Assembly: GCA_050014195.1 (NCBI GenBank)
Contig: JBEKDT010000012.1
Location: forward strand, 32,001 to 96,000
Length of the DNA stretch: 64,000 nucleotides
Source: Desulfomonilia bacterium
GTDB taxonomy: Bacteria; Desulfobacterota; Desulfomonilia; UBA1062
Direction of reading: 5' to 3'
Part shown: piece after piece, positions 38,376 through 46,709 of the stretch
Layout of the letters: every line of letters begins with the position of its first letter
Numbering within the stretch: position 1 is the first letter of the stretch
The notes under the pieces: model-generated
What the model was told of the DNA's origin: nothing
Seen by the model: only the letters and a program-made list of their open reading frames with translations
Databases searched by the model: none
Made by a program: the position numbers and the translations under genes

Positions 38376-40118
38376 TCACCGCTGAGCCCACTCGACGGCG
38401 CCGAACTTGGTGTCGCTAAGGTATGTGTAAACGAGGCTGACGGTTCCCGCCGTCTGGTGACTGTCAGGCCGGTCGGGATACTGCGCATTCCGTAGGGAGG
38501 CTAGGTATGTGATCCCGAGGGCGTGATGGCGGTAAATGCGATAGGTGAATCCCATGTTCAGGCGGTCGATGATCTCTCTTCCCCCCGGGTCATCGCTACC
38601 CACACCGGTCAAATAATACGTGCGCCCTGTTAAGTCGAACATGGCCCTGTCACCAAGGATGAGGCGGAGCGCGAGGAGCCCCTGTGGGGCGACGCCGTAG
38701 TGGTAGTCGCGTTCAGCATCTGGGGTGACATTACCGGCCGCAGCGTAACCGAAACCCCCGAGGACCGAGCCCTGGAGCGCTATTGCTCGCGCGAGCCACC
38801 ATTGATAGGTAGTACCGAGAGAGGCCGACGTGCTTGAGACACGGAAGATGTGCGGCGATATATAGTCATAGCCGCCATAGAGGCCCCATATCCCGCAATA
38901 GGAATTGCCGACCTCGTAGTCCGTTCCGAGGAGGAGGCCCCGGATCATGATGTTATCAAAAGGGTTAGCTGTGTTGCCCAGCGTGGAGAATTCAAAATGG
39001 AAGTAGTCGAAAGGACGCGTGTATCTATAGCCGGGCTCCCCGGGGAGCCCGTAGGCCAAGAGGAAGTCCCCGGTCGCCTCGGTCTTGGTATTGGTGCCGG
39101 GGACACCCTGGTCGGTCAGGTGCGAACTCAGACTTGCGCCGAGCCGCAGACGCCAGAGGATGGCCGGATCATGGCTCGGAAAAACGGGCTTGAATCGATC
39201 GCCGAAGGCAAGGCGATTGTAACCCATGGATGGCGAAATCATTGCCGCGCACAGCTCGCGCCAGAACCCGGGTTTGCTGCCATCGCCCTCGAGCACCAGG
39301 CTGGCCATCCGGAAGAGCGCCTCCCCGAAGAAGCTCCCGGCAATGCCGCTGGCGATCATGTCATTGTAGGAGGGTGGTGAGTTCTCCCCGGCCGTTTCCC
39401 AGAGAAGGCTGCCCGCGTTGTCGTAGAGGAGCGCCTCCCAGTAATCGAGGCCCGCCGACCTGGCGAATCCATGGTATATGGATCCCATATACGGATGGTT
39501 GAACTGGTTCATGGCAAAGGCGTCCGTGTCGATCTGCCAGCCCCCGTGGACGACGTGATCGTGGAAGGTTGACCAGTTCGTGCTGTAGGTTTTTTTCCCT
39601 GATAACTCTACAGAGTTAGGGTAAGCGAACCGGTCATACAAGTTGAGGAGAAGTTCGAAGGCCGGGATTTCGAGGGCTGGGATGAGGTAGCTCTTGCCGG
39701 CCCCCGTCTCCCAAGACAAGGTCTGTGTCGTCTCCTCGGGCTTTTCCTCCAACAACCCTTTCCTGCTCATAGAGATATTTACGGTCCGGTTCGTGGTCAT
39801 ATCGGAAAGCTCCATCACCTCCGGAGCCGAAATATTGATATATCCAGGTTTTGATGCCATGAGGGTGTAATTCCCCAGGGCTGGAATACCCACTGAATAG
39901 TTACCCGACGCATCAGTAGTCCCTATTCCTGCCAACGCACCGATATTTGCATCTTTTACCGTGATGATTACCCCTTGAATACCGTGGTTGTTAGAGATAT
40001 CCTTTACGGAACCCGAGATGCCGTCTCCTTGGGCAAAGGCCCAGCTACCAGCAGAGATCCCTCCACCCACAAGGAGCACTGCAAGAATCGCCTTGAATGT
40101 TTTTCTTGCGCCTTTCAT
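38376..40118 (-). CDS. DUF3943-like exported protein with N-terminal carboxypeptidase-regulatory-like domain
   Basis: Signal peptide, ISGSVKD...G.Y..P..GNYTL.AS.PGY; D.FAMNQFNHPYMGS.Y..FARS.G, WE..GE..PS.ND. Confidence 0.75.
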   Translation of the reverse strand: MKGARKTFKAILAVLLVGGGISAGSWAFAQGDGISGSVKDISNNHGIQGVIITVKDANIGALAGIGTTDASGNYSVGIPALGNYTLMASKPGYINISAPEVMELSDMTTNRTVNISMSRKGLLEEKPEETTQTLSWETGAGKSYLIPALEIPAFELLLNLYDRFAYPNSVELSGKKTYSTNWSTFHDHVVHGGWQIDTDAFAMNQFNHPYMGSIYHGFARSAGLDYWEALLYDNAGSLLWETAGENSPPSYNDMIASGIAGSFFGEALFRMASLVLEGDGSKPGFWRELCAAMISPSMGYNRLAFGDRFKPVFPSHDPAILWRLRLGASLSSHLTDQGVPGTNTKTEATGDFLLAYGLPGEPGYRYTRPFDYFHFEFSTLGNTANPFDNIMIRGLLLGTDYEVGNSYCGIWGLYGGYDYISPHIFRVSSTSASLGTTYQWWLARAIALQGSVLGGFGYAAAGNVTPDAERDYHYGVAPQGLLALRLILGDRAMFDLTGRTYYLTGVGSDDPGGREIIDRLNMGFTYRIYRHHALGITYLASLRNAQYPDRPDSHQTAGTVSLVYTYLSDTKFGAVEWAQR

Positions 40119-40232
40119 GGCTTCTCCTTTCTTTCCAATACTCTAAAGTTTTCAAAACAAGGGAGGGTTGTACAAAACCGCTCCCTCAACAGGTATAGGG
40201 GTTTTAGCTTTTCAACTGTTTTTGGCGCATTC

Positions 40233-40595
40233 TCATGGGTGATATCCTTGAGGCAGTGTTGGGACTGTGCTGTCAGCATGTGTCTTAACCTTATAGACAA
40301 CCTTAATTCTTGAAGAGTCCGATTTAACCGCATTACTTTGGACATCGTACTCCTGTTTACTTATCGCTCTGACCCTGTCCATAACTCGAAAATGATTTGT
40401 GTGACTGCAAAATGGGCAGGTAACATCAATTGCAATAAGGTCATGACTCAAGTCGATCCCTTCCTTTTGCAGGTAGGCAATCCCAGTTGAGTAATTGTTG
40501 TGAGAGAGGAAAGACTCAACCGGAATATTTTTATTGCATCCGGGGAATAGACATTTGAAGATGTTGTAGTTGGTAGTCCTCCCTGGATCATACAT
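40233..40595 (-). CDS. Hypothetical protein with possible Zn-ribbon
   Basis: AGGAG RBS; CLFPGC...CPFC. Confidence 0.45.
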   Translation of the reverse strand: MYDPGRTTNYNIFKCLFPGCNKNIPVESFLSHNNYSTGIAYLQKEGIDLSHDLIAIDVTCPFCSHTNHFRVMDRVRAISKQEYDVQSNAVKSDSSRIKVVYKVKTHADSTVPTLPQGYHP

Positions 40596-40764
40596 AATAA
40601 TCTCCTATAGGAGAGTTCTTATTAATCGAATCTTCATTCTCACCTCATTCATAAGAACTCTCAAACACCGACCAGGTTATTGTAACGTCGAATAGTTATC
40701 ATGCTCTGCCCGACAGATCTTATAGATGACAGCCTTTTCATAATGGCATAAACTAATTATCACC

Positions 40765-41442
40765 CTAATTTCTATTCTGATTATCTTCCTGCCCTCTTTC
40801 AGGTTTTCCCTGTTGAGGTTTAGATTGTTGTGGTGCCTTCTGGTGTTGTTGCTGTGAGTGCTGTTGTTGGACCTTTAAGGATTGTGGCCGCGATTGTTGT
40901 TGTCTGGCTGACTTTTGAAATTGCGGTTTTGCCTGGGATCTTGGTTGGACCGCTTGAGACGGCTGTTGTGATCGCGTTCGGGGCTTCAAACCTTGGACAC
41001 CCCAGGTATTTTGCTTTTCCCAATGTCTGCTCTGTTCCCAGGTGCTCCAGTTTTGTTGGACTTGTTGGTGAGGTATTCGCTGGTAGTTCCATGGATGTCC
41101 TCCCCAACGATGATCTCGGTAGTCATTCCTCCAACCTGACGGTACCCTTCCATAAAAGGATGGGACCCTTTGATAGTAGGCCCAACCTGAGTCATAGTTC
41201 CGTGAGCGATACCAACGCCCTTCCCACGGACGCCACCACCAACCATGGTAGAAAAAGATGTCCACATCTACGTCAGGGACAGCATAGACATCAGTCTCAG
41301 GTATCACTACCATCTCTGGAGGTGTGGCAAATACGATGGGTGGAAGAGAAATGCTAATACCTACATTTACCCCGGCCATCGCTGGAGTAGGAAATACAAG
41401 TACCAGCGCCAAAAGTATTGTTCCAAGAAGCAACTTTTTCAT
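40765..41442 (-). CDS. Secreted Trp/Pro-rich protein with Gln-rich low-complexity tail
   Basis: Signal peptide, PP..F..PP.MVVIP, FFYHGWWWRPWEGRWY, Q-rich C-terminus. Confidence 0.75.
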   Translation of the reverse strand: MKKLLLGTILLALVLVFPTPAMAGVNVGISISLPPIVFATPPEMVVIPETDVYAVPDVDVDIFFYHGWWWRPWEGRWYRSRNYDSGWAYYQRVPSFYGRVPSGWRNDYRDHRWGGHPWNYQRIPHQQVQQNWSTWEQSRHWEKQNTWGVQGLKPRTRSQQPSQAVQPRSQAKPQFQKSARQQQSRPQSLKVQQQHSQQQHQKAPQQSKPQQGKPERGQEDNQNRN

Positions 41443-41511
41443 TTTGTAGCCTCATCCCTCTCTTCAGGTACTACACGAAAATAACTACTCGATAGTCCCC
41501 ATGTTATTCAC

Positions 41512-41670
41512 TGTAAGAGCAAATGGCCTGCCAATAGCCGATGGGAAATCATAAGTTTCGAATCATCCTTTAACAACAGCTGGTTAGATGAATAGGAGAG
41601 AACAGTAGAAAAGTATGAAATGATTCGTTTGGCCTCAATATTTGGTGGAACCTCAACATATTGAGGGATA
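41512..41670 (-). promoter_or_regulatory. Sigma54 promoter/enhancer cassette, copy 1
   Basis: -24/-12 TGGCAGGCCATTTGC (41533-41519); palindrome CCTCAA-CATA-TTGAGG 41651-41666 with an imperfect tandem site at 41633. Confidence 0.85.
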
Positions 41671-42031
41671 GTTTTAAAGGGTTCAGATGGCTTGATCTGA
41701 TTACTTTCACATCAGCCAGCGTTTTTTCATGAGTAGATATGAGAAGAAAAAGGTTAATAGTCAGACTAAAAGCAAATATATTCGTTCCAGAGATAGATTT
41801 GATATTCTGCCTTCTCTCCTTTCGTTTGTATTATGCAAACATTAAAATGATAACATAAGGTGTCTTGCATAAGATTCGTATGTTCGCTGAGTTAAATAAA
41901 CAATCGCCAACACTAAAATTATCATAACCAAAACTCCAATGACGAATCCCATGTTCCCCTGCTTTCTCACAGCTAGTTATTTCATTACTCTTGCTAGCCG
42001 GCAGTGATCATAGAGTCTTTTTCGTCTTGGA

Positions 42032-42787
42032 CTACTCGATGGTCATCCGGTTATTTACACCCTTCACACCGTTTACGTCGTTAGCGAGTTTGGTGGCCAG
42101 GTCCAATTCGGCTGCGTTGCTGGCCTTTCCATACAATGTGACCACGCCACGTTTCGTCTCGACCTTGGTATTGAGGGCACTGGTCGAGCGGTGATAGAGC
42201 AATGTCATCTTGACCTGGGCGGTGATGGAAGCGTCATCAATTTTTTCGCCTACCGTTCGCGTCTTTTTCGAGGTTTCTGTCACGGTCATCTCATTATTTA
42301 CGTCTTTAACCCCTTCGACACCCTTGGCGTATTCAGTCGTCAATTCCTTTTGTGCCTGACTGGCAGCATCGCCTCGCAGGGTCACCATGCCGTCTTTGAC
42401 GTCAACCTCGGTTGTGACGGCGCTCACGCTACGATGAAACAAGAGTGCGACTTTCACTTTATCACGGAGCCATGCATCCGAGTTTGCGGTGGAGGGCTCG
42501 CCTTTGATTTCCAGTTTGTTGTCCACGCTCTTGACCCCGGGCAGACCCGCCATGGTCTCCTGGGCCAAAGATTTGTGGGATTCTTCGGAGACAGTTCCCG
42601 TTAAGGTAACAACGCCATCCATGGACTGGATCTTAATATCATCGTCCTTGAGATAGGTCTTGAACACATACGACTGCTTTGCGGTTGATTCGATGCGGCT
42701 GTCCATATTCGACGCTTGCACAGGCATGCTGAGTGCCAGCAGAGCCACCGCTGCCACCATGAGAGATAGAGAATATATTGCTTTCAT
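42032..42787 (-). CDS. BON-domain (OsmY-like) periplasmic protein, three BON domains
   Basis: Signal peptide; repeated G.VTL.G...A..V.GVK.V.N; IDDASITAQVK. Confidence 0.9.
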   Translation of the reverse strand: MKAIYSLSLMVAAVALLALSMPVQASNMDSRIESTAKQSYVFKTYLKDDDIKIQSMDGVVTLTGTVSEESHKSLAQETMAGLPGVKSVDNKLEIKGEPSTANSDAWLRDKVKVALLFHRSVSAVTTEVDVKDGMVTLRGDAASQAQKELTTEYAKGVEGVKDVNNEMTVTETSKKTRTVGEKIDDASITAQVKMTLLYHRSTSALNTKVETKRGVVTLYGKASNAAELDLATKLANDVNGVKGVNNRMTIE

Positions 42788-42935
42788 AGCATGTTCTCCT
42801 TGTATTTTTGTTACTGTTAATTTTTGACCCCTTTTACTTCGAAGACCTCATGCCTTTCGGAGTCCTCGTTGCGGTGTATCATGCAACTGCAGCCGTGGGC
42901 ACAAGGACACGCAGGTGCATGATACGCCGCTCTCA

Positions 42936-43115
42936 CTAGTTCCCCAAAACCTTCTTGACCTGACCGATCTTTTCCTGAACTTTGCCGGCTATCTTTTCAC
43001 CGGTACCTTCAGCTTCCAACTTTGGGTTATCGCTCAAGTCCCCGGTGAACTCCTTGAGCTTACCCTTTACTTGGTGATACATGCCTTCCGCCTGGTCCTT
43101 CGTGCTGGATTTCAA
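42936..43115 (-). CDS. csbD: CsbD family stress protein (59 aa, TTG start; absent from the ORF track)
   Basis: Manual translation MKSSTKDQAEGMYHQVKGKLKEFTGDLSDNPKLEAEGTGEKIAGKVQEKIGQVKKVLGN; AGGAGG RBS. Confidence 0.88.
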   Translation of the reverse strand: MKSSTKDQAEGMYHQVKGKLKEFTGDLSDNPKLEAEGTGEKIAGKVQEKIGQVKKVLGN

Positions 43116-43131
43116 GGTATTCCTCCTTTGC

Positions 43132-43446
43132 CTATTTCACGATCAGATTATTCTTTATGGATTTAACCCCTTTGACGCCCCTTACGATTTCATCCGCTTT
43201 ATCGACGGCCTTTTGAGAATTAACAAAGCCGCTCAGTTGAACGGTGCCCTGGTAAGTTTCGACACTGATCTGAAATGATTTGAGAAAATCATCTGCTGCA
43301 AGCAGAGATTTTATCTTGGTCGTGATGACCGAATCGTCAACGTATTCACCTGTGCTTTCATGTGTGCGTGTCGATGCACAGGCTGTAAAGGCGGCGATCA
43401 GCATAAGTAGCACTAAACAATTGATAACGATATTTCTCTTTTTCAT
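43132..43446 (-). CDS. BON-domain lipoprotein
   Basis: Lipobox FTAC, STGEYVDDSVITTKIK, ISVETYQGTVQLSGFV. Confidence 0.9.
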   Translation of the reverse strand: MKKRNIVINCLVLLMLIAAFTACASTRTHESTGEYVDDSVITTKIKSLLAADDFLKSFQISVETYQGTVQLSGFVNSQKAVDKADEIVRGVKGVKSIKNNLIVK

Positions 43447-43553
43447 AGCGATTACTCCTCTTTGTAAATTTAGTTGTGAAATGGTTCACTACGAGACCCT
43501 TTCTCCTGACATTCACTTTTTTTAAAATACCTCCTATATCCTTTTCTGATGTT

Positions 43554-43778
43554 TTATTTTTTGGATTCACGACCAATGAAGACCAACACAATTCCGCCCG
43601 CAAGCGCAACGCCGCCCAGAATGGGTGACAACGGAATGGTCTTTTCCGTCTCTTGGGTAGCTTGGATGGGGCCAATATCAATGATCTTCTCACGGCTTGT
43701 GTATGTTATGCCCTTGTAGGCAAAAGCCACTACCCCGAAAGCGATTAAAACAATACCTATAATCATTACCGGTTTCAT
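43554..43778 (-). CDS. Small membrane protein (DUF3185-like)
   Basis: Two TM segments, YTSREKIIDIGPIQAT..EKTIPLSP. Confidence 0.75.
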   Translation of the reverse strand: MKPVMIIGIVLIAFGVVAFAYKGITYTSREKIIDIGPIQATQETEKTIPLSPILGGVALAGGIVLVFIGRESKK

Positions 43779-43821
43779 AAGAATTGAGCTCCTTTATGAG
43801 CAGAGTTACGAGTCCAAATTG

Positions 43822-43971
43822 CTAAAAGGGTCTTCGTCCCTGAATGACCCTTATCAGTACTACAATGATGGCGATGACCAGCAGGATATGAATGAACCCA
43901 CCCATCGTATAGCCGGAGATAAATCCCAGAAGCCACAGAATTAAGAGAATCACACATATGGTCCAAAGCAT
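43822..43971 (-). CDS. lmo0937-family small membrane protein (49 aa; absent from the ORF track)
   Basis: Manual translation MLWTICVILLILWLLGFISGYTMGGFIHILLVIAIIVVLIRVIQGRRPF; AAGGAG RBS. Confidence 0.85.
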   Translation of the reverse strand: MLWTICVILLILWLLGFISGYTMGGFIHILLVIAIIVVLIRVIQGRRPF

Positions 43972-44015
43972 GTTCGACTCCTTTCTGAGTACAGAATACG
44001 TCCATCGAAGTTTAA

Positions 44016-44321
44016 TTAAATCTCCTCCATCCCCGCCGGATGGAAAACGTTGTAGAACGTCCTTTTATAGGGCTCTTTGAGAAGGTTCATCGCCCCCCGG
44101 AGCACCCTAAAATGCTCCGACTTCAGGTGGGTCATGAGATTCTCTTGGGTATCCCATTCTTCAAGGAGAAAGAGTCGATTTTCATCATCGATACTCTGGC
44201 AGAAGTCACAGCGCCGGCATCCCTTCTCCATCCTTGTGGAACGGGTCAGTGAAGTGATCGCCTGTGACAACTCCATGCGCTTCTCAGAAAGGACCTTCAT
44301 TCGTATGATTACCATGATCAT
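44016..44321 (-). CDS. Antibiotic biosynthesis monooxygenase (ABM) family protein
   Basis: TRMEKGC, DENRLFLLEEWDTQENLMTHLKSEHF. Confidence 0.85.
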   Translation of the reverse strand: MIMVIIRMKVLSEKRMELSQAITSLTRSTRMEKGCRRCDFCQSIDDENRLFLLEEWDTQENLMTHLKSEHFRVLRGAMNLLKEPYKRTFYNVFHPAGMEEI

Positions 44322-44326
44322 ATAAA

Positions 44327-44484
44327 TGTAAGAGCAAATGGCCTGCCAATAGCTCAAGGAAGATTAGAAGTTTGGATTCATATATTATTAAAAGGGGTTA
44401 GATGAATAGAAGAAATAAGCAGAAAAGTATGAAATGATTTGTTTAGCCTCAAGATATGGTGGAACCTCAACATTTTGAGGGATA
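44327..44484 (-). promoter_or_regulatory. Sigma54 promoter/enhancer cassette, copy 2
   Basis: TGGCAGGCCATTTGC (44348-44334); CCTCAA-CATT-TTGAGG 44465-44480 with tandem site at 44447. Confidence 0.85.
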
Positions 44485-44831
44485 CTTTAATGGGAAGTGG
44501 ACAGCCTAAGCCAAGGCATCCTGCCAATGCCGAATACACCTTTGCCCAATGAAACCAGCCGTCCTTGCTGATGCCTTCTCCAGCAGTTCTCGGTCATACA
44601 GCGAATGTAAGAACAAGAAGGCAGTACGAGAAAAATCAAAAGAGAATACCATTAGTTATGAATCCCCCTTTATCAGAGGAAGGCACTGGTTCTCCCAGGT
44701 TCCTGACGCATCCCTGGGACAACCTGCCTTGGACTATGACCCCGGTTGAGTGCACGCCATCACGCCTGTAACAATGGCTTTGTTGCTGCCTCTAGCGTTT
44801 TAATAATTTGGGCTCGCTCCTCAACCCCAGC

Positions 44832-45746
44832 CTACTGCATGGGTGTGGGTGCTTCGCGTTCGATGATGATCTCGACGCGGCGGTTATTTGCGCGACCTTC
44901 GGGGCTGGCGTTATCAGCGATTGGGTGTCCCTTGCCAAGCCCATGGGACTTGATGCGATCGGCTGGGTAACCTCGCTGTACGAGATAGTTGCGAACTTCG
45001 TCCGCCCGACGTTGCGACAGGTCGAGGTTGTAGCTCTCCGAGCCCTGTGAGTCTGTGTGTCCTTCGATGATGAGGTTGCGCTCACGGGTTGTGAGCAGTA
45101 CGTCGCTTACCTGGTCGAGTCGCGACCGCGCCTCGGGCAACAATATTGCCTTGTCGGATGCGAAAAGAACACTCCCGGAGAGTGTGATGACTATTCCGCG
45201 GGGCTCTTCCTTGACTGCGGCCAGCTTGGCCAGCGCCGCCTCCGCATCAGCCGCTCGTTGCTCGGCATCGGTCCGCGCCTTTTGTTCAGTGGAAAGCTGC
45301 TCTGCCGTTTTTTCGCCGCTGATCTCCGACGCCGCAAGCGCCTTCTGTGTATCGCTCAAGTCTTGCTTCGTCTTCGTAACAATCTTGCCCTGCGTCGTTT
45401 GATAATCTTTACTCGATTGAGTTTGGCTCTTTTTCTCGATAGCGATGGAGGCAGTAGCTTCAGCTAACTCTGCCTTGCGCTGGGCGACGTAGGCGAGGTC
45501 TCGCGTATGATACGAGTCGGGATCCTTTAGGAAAGATTGTTCCGCCACGTCGAGGGCTTGTTTCGCCACATGCAACTCCGCCGGAGCGGCCTCGGCCGCA
45601 ATCCCAGTGCTTGCACGCTGGTATGCTTCACGGGCGTTGACGAGCTCATTCGGTACGGTGGCCGCACAGCCGGCGAAGAGCGTGACGACCGTGATGAGGA
45701 TCAATAATTGTATCATTTTCATAAAATGCTCCTTTCTTTGGGTCAT
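44832..45746 (-). CDS. OmpA family lipoprotein with DUF4398/coiled-coil N-terminus
   Basis: Lipobox FAGC, IEGHTDSQG, NLDLSQRRA, GRANNRRVEI; the true start may be 45722. Confidence 0.9.
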   Translation of the reverse strand: MTQRKEHFMKMIQLLILITVVTLFAGCAATVPNELVNAREAYQRASTGIAAEAAPAELHVAKQALDVAEQSFLKDPDSYHTRDLAYVAQRKAELAEATASIAIEKKSQTQSSKDYQTTQGKIVTKTKQDLSDTQKALAASEISGEKTAEQLSTEQKARTDAEQRAADAEAALAKLAAVKEEPRGIVITLSGSVLFASDKAILLPEARSRLDQVSDVLLTTRERNLIIEGHTDSQGSESYNLDLSQRRADEVRNYLVQRGYPADRIKSHGLGKGHPIADNASPEGRANNRRVEIIIEREAPTPMQ

Positions 45747-46108
45747 GGGTTGTCTTGCCGGAGTTTACGCACACGCTCCAATGCTGCCTGGGCCTCCGAT
45801 TTTTGGGCATCCTCGCGGGAGAGAGCGACAGCCAGCTCGGCGTCGGCTTCGGACCGCAACAGCATAGACGCGGCCTCGTCCTTTTCGCCTTTTGCGGACA
45901 GCCCCTTGGCGAGTTCCAGTTCTTCCTTGGCCATTTGCAAATGAAGCGAGGCTTGCGGTACTCCTGCCGCCCCGACCTCCTCGGCAGCGCGGATACCCGA
46001 CGTAGACGCCTCTGTACGCAGCGGGGTGTTTGCGCATCCCATTGTGATTGCGGTGGCCACTATGGCCACTGCGAACATCATAATTCCGATCTTGAATACG
46101 TATCTCAT
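45743..46108 (-). CDS. DUF4398 family lipoprotein
   Basis: Lipobox TMGC, IRAAEEVGA..PQASLHLQ.A, RSEADAELA.AL. Confidence 0.82.
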   Translation of the reverse strand: MRYVFKIGIMMFAVAIVATAITMGCANTPLRTEASTSGIRAAEEVGAAGVPQASLHLQMAKEELELAKGLSAKGEKDEAASMLLRSEADAELAVALSREDAQKSEAQAALERVRKLRQDNP

Positions 46109-46241
46109 TGAATTCTCCTTTAGCTACAGATCTTCACTCATCCGAACTCAGTTGTTACGGTTTGAGTCGATAGTGATGTCTTCAAAAAAATGCTTCTTTG
46201 TTAGCCGAATTCATAATGATTTTTCGTGCACTAAACTCACT

Positions 46242-46394
46242 TCAGATCCGGCCCATCAGCAGCAGGATGATCAAAATCAGAACAATCAATCCAAGTCCAC
46301 CACTGGGATAGTATCCCCAACTCTTACTGTGAGGCCAGGTAGGCAGTGCGCCGACTAAGATGAGAATCAAAATAACTAGTAGTATTGTACCCAT
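46242..46394 (-). CDS. DUF3309 family small membrane protein
   Basis: LPTWPHSKSWGYYPSGGLG signature. Confidence 0.9.
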   Translation of the reverse strand: MGTILLVILILILVGALPTWPHSKSWGYYPSGGLGLIVLILIILLLMGRI

Positions 46395-46529
46395 ATTTTT
46401 CTCCTCTCGTGTTACTTGTTCATACACGTTACCGGCAGACAAATTCCAACTCCGGCCAACAGAGAACCGGCAGTCTATCAGTTAATGATAAGAACTCGCT
46501 TTTGGGTGAGATGACCAGGATCATACAAA

Positions 46530-46688
46530 TGTAAGAGCAAATGGCTTGCCAATAGCCGATGGAAAATCATAAGTTTCGAATCATCTTTTAACAACAGCCG
46601 GTTAGATGAATAGGAGGGAACAGCAGAAAAGAATGAAATGATTCGTTTGGCCTCACTATTTGGTGGAACCTCAATATATTGAGGGATA
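46530..46688 (-). promoter_or_regulatory. Sigma54 promoter/enhancer cassette, copy 3
   Basis: TGGCAAGCCATTTGC (46551-46537); CCTCAA-TATA-TTGAGG 46669-46684 with tandem site at 46651. Confidence 0.85.
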
Positions 46689-46709
46689 TTTTGAAGGGAA
46701 ATGGACAGT

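Noticed and set aside
44490-44830. Possible gene remnant between ompA and sigma54 cassette 2
   Set aside because: No frame gave a recognisable product
41512-46688. Triplicated block as CRISPR array, MITE or ncRNA
   Set aside because: No repeat-spacer periodicity, terminal inverted repeats or target duplications; conservation centres on the -24/-12 and palindromic boxes
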